Below are positions 1 through 12,000 of a stretch of DNA of 45,490 nt, piece by piece (position 1 is the first letter of the stretch; every line of letters begins with the position of its first letter). Source of the stretch: a virus (Duplodnaviria > Caudoviricetes); the IMG/VR virus record IMGVR_UViG_3300025282_000066, positions 1-45,490 of that record; one strand, 5' to 3'. Under the pieces are notes generated by a model. It was not told where the DNA came from. It made no database searches and was given only the letters and a program-made list of their open reading frames with translations. The position numbers were made by a program, and so were the translations under genes.

Positions 1-1
1 G

Positions 2-3000
2 GAGGCTACAGCCCGTGAAGGTGCCCAAACAATCCCTGTATATGTAAACCTGACAAATCCCCTACGACTAGAGGGCGGAGCTCTTGCGTTTACGATGGCA
101 AATGTGTACAACGAATCTATGGATGCTATGCTTGTCGCCCGGCGAGAGGGTGGTCCTGCTTTGTTGGCTGACAAAGTACGGGCGGAAGTTAAAAGAATGA
201 GTAAAATGGAGATGGGGGATGAAGCTGCCGAGGTGTATTTCAAGTTTATGAATTCTCTGGGGTATGACGGTATTGTTTATAGGCAAATGGTACAAGGTGA
301 ACATAAGAGCACCGTTGTTATTGCGTTTGACCCTGCGAATGTGAAATCACCTTTTAACCGTGGAACATGGGGGCTTGCTGAGCCACGGATGCTCCTCCAA
401 AGTGATGAGACCTTTGATGCACAACAAACAGAGGAATATCTAAACAATCATTGGATTTCAAAATTATCAGACGAGGAACAAACGGCATTGGGGATAGAGT
501 GGAACGGGAGAAGGGTGGAACAAGAGAGAGGCGAGAGGGGTGAATTGGGGGAAGATTGGATTCCAAGCTGGATTGAAGGAGTTAGTTCGGAAGAGCAACT
601 AAGAATACAGGATATTGACAATTACTTTCTTCTAAAAACATTTCAAGCCAGACTGGAGTTTTTGAAAAGACTGAATGAGAATATAGCAAAAGTTGAGGAT
701 GAGCTAACGGAAAAAGCGCCTCCAAAACCTCCGGAAGTCTTAACACCCTCTTTGTTTAAAAAGACGCTTTCAGAAGTTCTAAGAAAGTTTAGACTTGGAA
801 CCTATAAGAAAAGACATAAAGCTATCTTTGAGGCTATGGCAACAGTAGTTGGTGGTAGAGAGGTATTACAACAGTTAATAGATAATGAGAAACTAGTTAT
901 AACTCTAGTAGTAAAGACAACAGAAGAAGGTTTAACACCTTTTCGACAGCCGAAAGATTACAAAGCATTCTTTGCTCCATTTTCCCTTGGACTCAAAGGG
1001 GGTACTATTCCCGGAATTGAGATGGGTATTGATACAAAACTAAAATTAAATGCTTATGCTGTAATAGCAGCTCATGAAGGTTACCATTTTATATGGGATA
1101 CAAAGCATCGTAATAAGAGATTGCTACTACGAAAAATTTGGGCTGAGAAACTTTTAGATAAGTTTTCACAAACTGAAACTGGCAAAGCTTTAATGAAAAA
1201 ATACTCAGATCATTTTGATTCTGCTGTAGAACAGGGTAGTACTATAAATCTTCCGATTCTGGAGTATCAATTGCTTCTTGATGAGCCCGCTTTCCAAAGC
1301 GGAAAAAGGCGTGGCCGTATTCGAGTAGCTTATTCTCGACAAGAAGCAGCATTAATAGATAAGGAAGTTTATTTATATCACGCGAAAAGACAATATCTTC
1401 TGTTGATAATAGACCTATTAAATGAAGCACACTCTGATAAGAAAGCTTTGAGAGATATACAAGAGGAAATGGGAAGGCCTTTAACTTGGAAGGAGGCTAA
1501 GAAGACTTTTGGTCTTAGGCCTAGAACAGAAGAGTTCACTAGTAGATTTATTCAAATAAGAGACCTTTCTACTACGGTATTTGGAGAAGACCTTTTTTCA
1601 GATAAGCAACTACTGACTGAGCTTGACTTTGAGGAGGCTCGGCGTCAGGGTGGGTTTGCCAAGCCTTTACGAAACTCTTTCGCATATCTTTTAATCTATA
1701 TGAGGCGAATGGAAATAATTAAAAGAGCAGGTATTAAAATACCTAAAAAAGATTGGTCCGATTATGTTTTTTTAAAAAAGCTTCTTGTGAAAGCACCCGA
1801 ATATATGATGAACTTCTCCACTCCCAAAGTCATGATGCAGTTAATGGAGAACCAAGGATTAACAATTGAACCCCTTACTCCTGAAATAGTAGATTTTATG
1901 GGAGAAACAAAAGAAAAGGGTTACTTTTATCATGGAACTACTGCTCATCCTGATAATCTCACCGATATCTTTAACACTTCTATAGGAGCTGGACTACATA
2001 TAACTACCAATCCTTTTGTAGCTGGTAGATTTACAGAAGGAGATTATGGAAGAGTATACCTTCTATACGCAAGAGCAGAAAATCCTCTAAGAGTAAGAGA
2101 TATAGATAATTTTAAATCTGTAGGAGGACTTGCTACCGCTATTGCAGATGCCTTGATCCCACATGGCACGACGGCATATGCGAATCTTCTGGCGATGCGT
2201 TCGGCTTTAAAGGAAGAAATTTTAACGAAGATAACGAAAGAATGGCACTATAGAATAGAGACTAAAAAATGGTCTAGAAGAAAATATATGAATAAAAGTT
2301 CACATGTAGACCCAAGGATTCTCGAACTAAGAACTGAGGTTATACAGGATATTATAAAAAGCTATGGTTATGATAGTCTTGTTTATTTAAACCGAGGAGA
2401 AATTCGTGATAGACGCACGGGGAAAGAACCAGAAAATCTATATAATAAAATGGCTAAATTAAGAGCTATGGAATTTGATAGAACTGGTGAATATTTCTCT
2501 GAGGGTCGTGATACTCGATACCTGCATTCTATTACTGATGACGAATTTCGAGCAGAATTTCCTGAAGCAACAGATAGTTATATAATTTTTAACCCTTCTC
2601 ATGTTAAATCTGCTATAGCAAATAACGGAGACTTTGATTTAAATAAGTCTTCTATATTAATGCAGACCGCAGATCTGGAAACCCAACACCTAATTGATGA
2701 AGCCACAGCTTGGGCTTCTTGGGTCGAAGGATTAAGATCAATCTCTATAAATGCAAAGAAGTTTAAAAGGACTGAGGGAAAGCGATATACGGAAAGTTAT
2801 CGTATTTGGGGTACAATGCCCGGCTTCTTTAGAGATATACGAAAGGGTCCCCATATAACTTTCAAACCTGCTTTGTTGGATCAAGAAGAACAAGGTACTT
2901 CTTTCGCGGATGTAATAAATCACAGAAATGAAGAGACTAATTATTATGATATAGATAAAGTTATAATGATGGCTGAATACGAGCATACTAGAGCTGTGGG

Positions 3001-6000
3001 TAGATTACAAGGTTGGCATAAAGTTGCTCGTCAAGATCTTTTAGAAGCTTTGGAAAACGATCTCATGGCTGGAGACGCTATAAACTATTTTGTAGCATTA
3101 GAGTTTATAACAAGAGTAGAGAAAGCCTTTAGACCTCTCTATAAAGAAGCTAAAGGAAGATATGGTTTCATAAGTCATCTTAAAGAAGATACAGGCGAAC
3201 CAGTATTTCTAACAAATAAACATGACGTACAAGCTTTTACAGAAATAGTAAGAAGAGCTATAAAATCTAGACTTGATAAATATATTGCATCTGAGAGTGG
3301 ACACAGAGATCTAAATAAATTAGAACCTATTCTGGGTATTTTGGGATACACAAGAGATAAAGATTTTGTTAGCTTAAGTATAGATCATGTTACTAGTATG
3401 ATTATAAAACATATGGGTAAACTAACTCCTGAGGGTGAACAGATCAAGTGGTCTATAGAAGCTTTTGGTAATGGTGAAATTGATTGGGCTCCGGCTGTAG
3501 AAATAGGAGCGGGCTTAGTAGACTTACTCACAGGATCGCCTCTCGCTGTTCAAAGAGGAATAGAAAGTAATGTTCTCCATAATGAAGATATTCGAACAGA
3601 AGAACAAGATCCCGGCGGGGAATCTATTCGGCTTCGTCAAACTCGACGGGGTGAGAGTAATAGATCTGCCCCGATATCTTTGTTTCACTTGGCTAGTGTA
3701 GTTAACCAGTATCGTTTTATGAAGAGAATTAACTATCTTTTACAGCATGATGAATTTACTCCAGAACAAAGAGAAGCTGTCGAAGCATGGATAGAAAAAG
3801 TTAATAGCGAAGGTACACCTAATCCTCTGGGCTTTAGGGCTGGTTTTAGAGTTAGTCCTCACTATATGGGAGGATTCTTAGATCAAGTAATACCTTCCAA
3901 AGAAACACTAACGGAATGGGGTTTGACGTTTTTATTAGATTTACCAAACTTAGCCCATAGTGTAATTCATGATCAAATCTCTGTTTCTCAAAATAATCCT
4001 TTGCGGTTCAGAGGAGATTTAAAAAACTTTTCAGAGGATTTCTCACATGGGGATGATATTATATTACCTTTCCATTGGTGGGGTGAAGTTTTATCTTATG
4101 AACAAATGTCTCCTACGCTTGAAGGATTAAGCGAAGGTTTACTAGACTATGAAGCTGCTCGTTATAGGGAGTGGCGTGAAGCCAACCCAGACTTAAGTAT
4201 TACTGATTTGTTCTCTGTACAAACACATGTTGACAGAACAGGTAGCGGTAGGTGGGAAATGAAAGCCCTGTCTTTGGCCGCCGATCCCGGAGCTATAGAT
4301 GCTTTAGTTAGTGAACTTAAAGATACACATGGTACAAAAACAATATCAAAAGAAATAAAAAGAGATGGCTTATTTAATACTATCTTAACGCACCGAGGGT
4401 TTACTGAGAAAGATCTTTCAGATCATTATTTAGGTTTAGCTTTAGAGGTAGCACAACTTATTACTTCTCATAGAAACCACGAAATTGTAAAAGCCTTAGG
4501 ACCTATGCTTACAGCTTTTGGACAACTCGATGGAATAACAACTGTAGAAGAATTAATAGAAAGAAGCGAAACAAACGATATCATTAAAACTTTACGGAAA
4601 GTTTTTAAAGTACCTGCAATGCGTTTTATATACGAAGGTACTATGAGAAACTTTAAAAAGGAGTTTATCCTAGCAAACAAAGGTAAGGCTAGAGAGGCTA
4701 TATTGGAATTAGGAGAGCTGTTAGGTTATGATTTCTATGGGAAAAACCACGAAGAACTAGAAGCCTTAGCGACAATACTTTATAAGGTTGGCGTTAATAA
4801 TATGTCTATAGCTTTACAAGAGGCTTCTTTAGGCACAAGAAAGAAACCAAGTCAAGTTTCAATTACCGAAAGAGGAACTGGAATAAGCCATGCTATGAGA
4901 ACTGCGGTAATGAAATACCTCTCTTTGAATAGATCCACCGATGCTAATATAACATTAATTCCAGAACTTGCTGAAGGTTGGAAGGCTGTTATTAAAGCTA
5001 AGTCTCTAGAAGATCCAAAGTCTGGTACGGGCGTTGAGGCTATTGTGGTTAATGAAGAAACTGGAGCAGAACACCGAGTTTCTTTAGATATTACAGAAAT
5101 TTCTGACAAGCCTCAAGAAGCTGACAAGAAGAATAGTCTTATCAAAGCCGACGAAGCCTTAAAACTTTTTGAAGCCGCTTTAAAGAAAGCAGCTATTTAT
5201 GACTTTGGAGAAGACGTTGATTTTGAAGAAGCTATGGAAAAAACTAGAGAAAGGTATACAAATTGGAGTAAGATTCAGGCTTATCTAAAAGAACGAAGGA
5301 ATCGATTCCTTACAATAGGAGAACTTAATGAACTTAAGGCCATGGCTTATCCCAGTACTCCCCAAACAGATATGGCTGTCTTTAGAGGTCTTAATATGTT
5401 AGGGGCCGCAACCTACCAAATAAATCTTGAAAGAGCACAGTTATTAGCTGATGCTATGGGGATTGCTGGTTTTGATGCCGAAATTCAGCTCGCTAGTATG
5501 ATGAATAAGAATATGTATTTCCCTGTGGGATATTCAACTATGTCTGATAGAGGTTATCCAGGTTTACAAATTATGTCTACTCTTACAGGTATAGCTTTAG
5601 AAAGAGCTGCTGTAAGACCTTTAAGAATTAGGGATAACACAACCGGAAAGATGGTTGCCTTCCCTTATAAGAGTTTTGAAGAATTTATAAAGGCTAAACA
5701 AGAAGCCTTTGAAGCTACAGGAGGAGTCTGGGATAAAGCTAAACTTAGAGAGACCTTTAAAGAATTCTTAAGAGATGTAGAGAATGCTGAGGAATCTCTT
5801 GGTTTATATGATACCGCAGATAATCCTTTCCATAAATTATCTAGAGAAGATGCAAAGAAGAAAGTAGAGGATCTAATAACCTTACAGCAATTTATCTGGT
5901 GGGCTAGTTATGAAGCTCCTCCAGCTTCTGTATTCCCTGATTATACTACTGAAGTTTCTGATGAAGCCTTATTACAAGAGCTCCAAGAAGATTGGACCAG

Positions 6001-9000
6001 TCACTCAGAAAGAATGTATAAAGAATTACCTAGAGAAATGGAGATAGAGGTTAACGATGCTAGTGATCAAGAATTAAAATTAAAAGGTAAGGCATCATTG
6101 ATACGTAGTAATGAAGCTAGTAAAAAGACAGGATACCCTATTCAACTATACCATAGAAGTGAGGTAGATGATAGTCGATATATAGACTCAAGTAATCCAA
6201 AGGGGTTTATGTCTACGCAACCTTTATATCAATCCTTACCTTTCCATGATAGAGGAATATTGGCTTTTCAGAGAAGAGCTTTACAGAATAAAGTAGACAG
6301 TCTGTTAGGACCAATTGCGGGTCTTCGAGAAGTTATAGCGCCAATTCCCGGCGTAGATAACTCTCTTGGGTGGGCTTCTCCTTGGAGCGAAAAAACACTA
6401 CCCGCTCGTAGAACAACACTAGCCGAGTATCTACAGCTTTATGGTAAAAATGAAGAGGGAATGTTAGCAGGAACTATAGCAAGAGATTTAGATACTTGGG
6501 CTAGTCGTAGAGGTTTATTAAATGAATTACACGATAAACCTGAATTCTATCCTTATTACTTCTTGATTAGAGAAATTGAAAAAACCTATCAAAGATTTGT
6601 AAAGTATGCTAGATCAGAAATGTCTGAGGAAGAGTTGATATTTAGAAGATCTGAGTGGTTAACTGCTCTCCATAAATTAGACGAGGTATCACGTAATATT
6701 GTTGAGTATGAACACTCTGGTCTAACTTTAGATGGTAAGGCTAGTCTGTTGGCTTTGGTCCGACCTATCCATGATAAAGCTACTTGGAAAGAGATTCTAA
6801 CAAGTACTGTTACCGAAGATCATGCAGAAGGTAAACTTCTTTCACCAACACTAATACACACAGAACTTAAAGCTCCTCTAATGCCAAGTGAAGGTACGCC
6901 TATATTTGAAACCGCGGAAGATAAAGCTTATTGGGATGAGCATATTGGTGAAGCTCATTGGAAAGATATAGTAAATGAATTAACTATAGGGTCTGGTATT
7001 ATCCAAGCCCATGATTTTAATCGTTTCTTAATGGTTCCACTTTACCAGTCCTATATTAGTGAAGTCTTAAAAACATACAAAAGACCCGATGGTACTAAGC
7101 CTTATGCAGATTCTTCTATCTATAAAGATCCTAGAAAGTGGGAAGAAGCGGTAGAAAGACAAGATAGAAAAGAAATTATTAGACGGGCAAAAAATATAGC
7201 GAGAGGCTCAAAAGGTGTGTCGATAATGTTAGATATCTCGGTTGTAGAGTATGCCGATGAAAATAATCCAGATGGTCCTAATCTTGTCAAGCTTATGGTT
7301 GAAAGTGCCGTTGGTCAAACTGTACAAAAAGGAAAAACTAAAACAGAAGTCTCTTTTAATAGTAGACACGCATCAGCTGAAGTAGGCTTTGGTTTCTTAA
7401 GTAGAAGTCCTAGAATATATAAACTTATTGGTGGCAGGTTTAAGATCCATTTAACTCCCGAAGGTGCTCTTAAGTTATTTGGAATTACAGATAATATAAG
7501 ACCTTTAGACGAGTTACAAAATGCTGCTATATCGAATAAAATCTTTGGGGTTAAGTTTGATCAAAACAATGAACCACTTAGGGCTAAGCCTTTACAAGAC
7601 ATAATTAGAGATGCTATTGGTTTTACTACTAGACATCAAATAGAAGAAGCAACTAGAATTAGCGATGCTTTAAACCTAATTGTTAGGCAATCACGGGCCG
7701 ATAAATCTCAAGGTCCTCGTATGATTTCTCATAAACAAGTTACGATAGATCAATTTGGATTAGACGTAGTAGATCTTCACGCTTATAAGACAGGAGAAAT
7801 AGCTCCTCCAGAAGGAAGAACACTTGCTTGGAGAGAAGCTGTTCTCTCACCAATTACAGAATTTCTTCATAGTATAGAAGAAGAAAATCTTTTTAATCCT
7901 TACTTCGATATTCATGCTGAGTTAACCTCTCTTATAAAAAGAGTAAGAGAAGATGTTGGCCCAAGTTATCAACATGCTTTAGGAATCTCTATTGCCCTAT
8001 CCTCCTTAATGATTAATGGGGCTTCAAGAATTCCTTCTGATAGTATGATTATACCCTTCCTTGATCCTCAAATCTACAACACTAGAAGGATAGCCGACAG
8101 CGGTAAAGTCGATATTGATCCCCTTATCAATGAAGCACAGGCCTTATATAGAAAGCTTGTTATTTTCCAAGACTCAGATTCCTTTATTAAGACTTTACCA
8201 GTTTATCACGCTGCGAGAACTTTTGCTTTTGAAATGAGTCTAGATCCCGCTGCTGATATTGAAACTAGTACCGAAGAGGTGTTTATAAACTGGCTTAAGG
8301 AAAAAGGATTATATGAGTTTGATTTAGGTCAGCCAGCGAAAAGCAGTTTCCTTGAATTTGAGGCTGGTCGAGATACTGAACCAAAAATCTATTATAGCTA
8401 TAATCAACATTTAGAAAATTATAAACCCGGCCTGTCTGATGAGGAAAAAAGAAGACAGCTTATCCTGTTGTCTTTAGATGCTGCTCTATCTCATCAAGAA
8501 ACTGCTAACAATCTAAGGGTAGAGTTTGATCAGACTAATCTTGATTCGGAAGAATCAGAGTTAGATACACTTAAGAGTGTATTCTTAGGTAATGTATCTA
8601 AAGACCATGATACGGCTCTGAAATTTGCAGAGACTAGAGATAATATAACTAGACCACATTTAAGAAGAGTATTGAAAAAAATACAGGGTATGGAAGAAAG
8701 AGGAATAGTTAAAGGAAAAGAAACACGATTACTGAGACAACTAATCTTAAACGCTTATGCTATGAATCCTTTGATAGTTAGAGATCTCATGTTTGATTTA
8801 GAAGCCCATTCTATTAAATCTGGTAAAACTGAAGAAGGACAATACTATATTAGATTTGGAGAACGGTTAAAGAGAATAGGAAAGGATCCTCTAGATATTG
8901 TACAAATCTTTGCTCATGAGGTTTCTCATATTGCTAGGGCTAAATTTATCTCAAGCAATTCAGGAGAGTGGGATGCTTTTCAGGCTCTCTTGAGAGGACG

Positions 9001-12000
9001 AGGAAAAGGTCTTGTAAAGAAATTAGTAATGGCATGGCATGGTAATAGATGGAATTCGTCTGCCCAAGAAGAGTATAACAACTATGTAACCAAAGGTCCC
9101 GAAGAATTTATAGCAGCATTGGGACAGTTCTTCTTATTAAAAGATATGTTACCCACAATTAAAAATATGACTACAGAAGAAGCTAAGACTCTCCAAACAG
9201 CTTTGGGGTTTGTGGGCAGGATTATGTCTTTTGTCCGGAATGTATTCTCAGATCTAGATCATGTGTGGTCTCGATTCTTTGTTAGTAATGATGAAGTGAA
9301 TATTTTAATGCATAGATTATTTGGACTAGATATAACAACACCAAACTATAGTCAAGTCTTAGATGTAGAAAATACTGGTCCCCTTACCTTTAATTGGATG
9401 AATAGATTTACTGATGATGATTGGCAACTATCTGAGGGACAACGAGGTACTATGGAAGAAATAGATGCTAGATTTGAAGATGCAGTTGATCATAGAAACA
9501 TATTAGAAATGATGCAAGAAAAAGGTACTATTACCGATGAACAGCTACGTAAGTTAAATAGTCTTCGTAATATGACAGACAGACGTTTAGAAAGCGGGAT
9601 TAGTATTTTTGAATTCTATGACCATCTTCCACATACTATGGCAAAGTTTGGTACCGATGTTAGTATGGGAGACCATACTTGGCAAGTATTAGACCTAGAA
9701 GCTGTATTAGATTCTTCTTTAGGAAACTCCACTGAAATACAACTAGATAGAATAGTTGCTTTCCAGTATGGTGTAAATCAAATGAGACATAAGTTTGGGA
9801 ACCAAATTCAAGATAATGCTGGTGAATTTGCTATGCGTATGAGTAAAGCTTTAGGTAAACTGGGAAGATTTATGGGACTCGGTAGAAATAGAACAGTAGA
9901 TGAAGACCCTATCAGAACCAGAGTACTTAGTGGTATCGCCGGGCATACTGGTAATGAGTATACTTGGGCAGCACCACATATTATTCCTATCTGGTTAACT
10001 ACGCTTATTGATGAGCATATTACTAATACCAGAGGACATTATGATACTCTAGAAGGACTTCCTTCTTTAAGAAAATCTTTAGAAGAAGTAGTCAATGTCG
10101 AAAATGTCTTATTTAGATTACACGGTGTATTACAAAATGAGCTCCTTAGTCCACTCGCTTCTTTTATAAAAGGAGATAACACACCCGGTAAAAAAACCAG
10201 AGAGATTCTCAAGGAAGTAAGTGCTGCTTTTACTTTATTAGTAGAAAACGAAACAGAGACAGATCTAGGATTTTCTGAAGAAACAAAAATTAGATTGGCT
10301 AATCTTAGCCCTAAAAAAAGAGAACTCTTCTATTCTACAATAAAAGAAATGGCACAGGTTATGCGAAGTCTTATGGAAAATATTCAAAAGTCTCGCCAAG
10401 ATTTAGGTGACTGGACAAGTGCAGCTGATTCTTTGATGGGTTACAAACTAAGTCAAGAGATTAAACAAGGGACTAATTCTTCTACTATGTTCGATGCTAT
10501 GAATGAAGAAATACATAACAGGCTATTAGATAATACCCATGACTTTGTAGATCCCTTAACTTTATTTGCCATGAATGCTTTACCCCGTTTCGATACAACA
10601 GAAAACTTAACAGAAGATCTTTTCGGTCCAAAAGGATTGTATGGAAATAAAACAGAACCCTCATCTTTATACGTTCTTTTGATTTCACAATTAGCTAAAA
10701 CTATGGATGAAACCTTTAGTTCTGAAGAAAAGGTATTAAACGCATCTCTTGATCCTGTAAAACAAACAAAGGTTGATGATTTTGTTAGAAAGTTTAAAAC
10801 CTTATTTGAGGATGGAGTTTTAAAAGAAAAGTATCTCTCAGGTTTTAGAATTACTATACAGAAACTAATGAGAGATATGGCTTCTGGAGAAATCACTTGG
10901 TCAAATCTTAATATAGCACATGTGGATAAACTAAAATTTCAATACCATCATTATTTAAAAGAATCTGGTGGTAAAGATGCTACTCATGATATGAGGGTTG
11001 ATAAGAGATTCCAATCGTTGTTCCTTAATAGAGATTCCTTGAGTTTCTTAGAACAGTCTAGAGGAGCTATAGCTTTTGAAATGCCACAGGGACGTATGCC
11101 TTTGTTAGAAGAAAGGTCTTTAACTACTGGGAAAATTTATAATGTAACCCAACTCCATACTCGAAACTTTATGAATCGTGCGTATATGGGACACTACTTA
11201 CCTAATGATGCTTGGTGGATTCCAAAAGTTAGTCAAGCTATTAGAAATCCTATAATTAGAGAAAACCTTACACTACATCCTGTTGAAACTATTAGAAGTC
11301 TAAAGAAGGGTTTGGCAGATACTACACATGAGAGAATGATCCTTCAATACCACTTAGGGATGCGTGGAGACATAGGCCACTTACTTGCTTTGTTTAAGTA
11401 CTTTAATCAGGTGGGAGATTTACATGATATGGCAGGAAATAAAGCTAGTGAGTCTGTTAGAAAAGCCATGACTAAAAGTGTAGAATTCTTAGAACAAAAA
11501 TATGCATTCTTAAGAGGCTTCCAAGAAGAAGGAACATCCTATGGTACTATGGCTGACTGGGCTTTTGAGATGGCTCCTTCAGTTACTAAGATAGCCTTTG
11601 CAGGTAACTTGGGTATTGCTTCTCTTACCGTAGAACATATGATGAATACTTTTGTAACTATGATAGGAGAAAAGAAATTATTAAATGGATTTAGAACAAT
11701 GTTTGCTCCTGTCTTTCATGGTTTATCCAGCGAAGAAACAAAATTAGTAGCAAGTGATATTGCTGATGCTGTAGAAGGAATGACACAAGGCTTCTTACCT
11801 GAGTATGAGCAAGCAGCAAGTGAAGCTGAAGCTGTATTTGGTCAGGATTTTACTAACAAGTGGGCTAGTCAAATGCTGAGATTTCCAAAACATGTTCTTA
11901 GGTCTTCCGCAACAGCTAGAATTATTACATTAAGAAAGGGTATCTACTCCCTTCTTCACAGTAATCCTGCTAAAATAAAAGTACTACTTGATCACATTGA

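Noticed and set aside
95-97. ATG at 95 as the start of the giant gene
   Set aside because: The frame is open to base 2 and the upstream residues continue an ART-like motif, so the true start lies outside the window.
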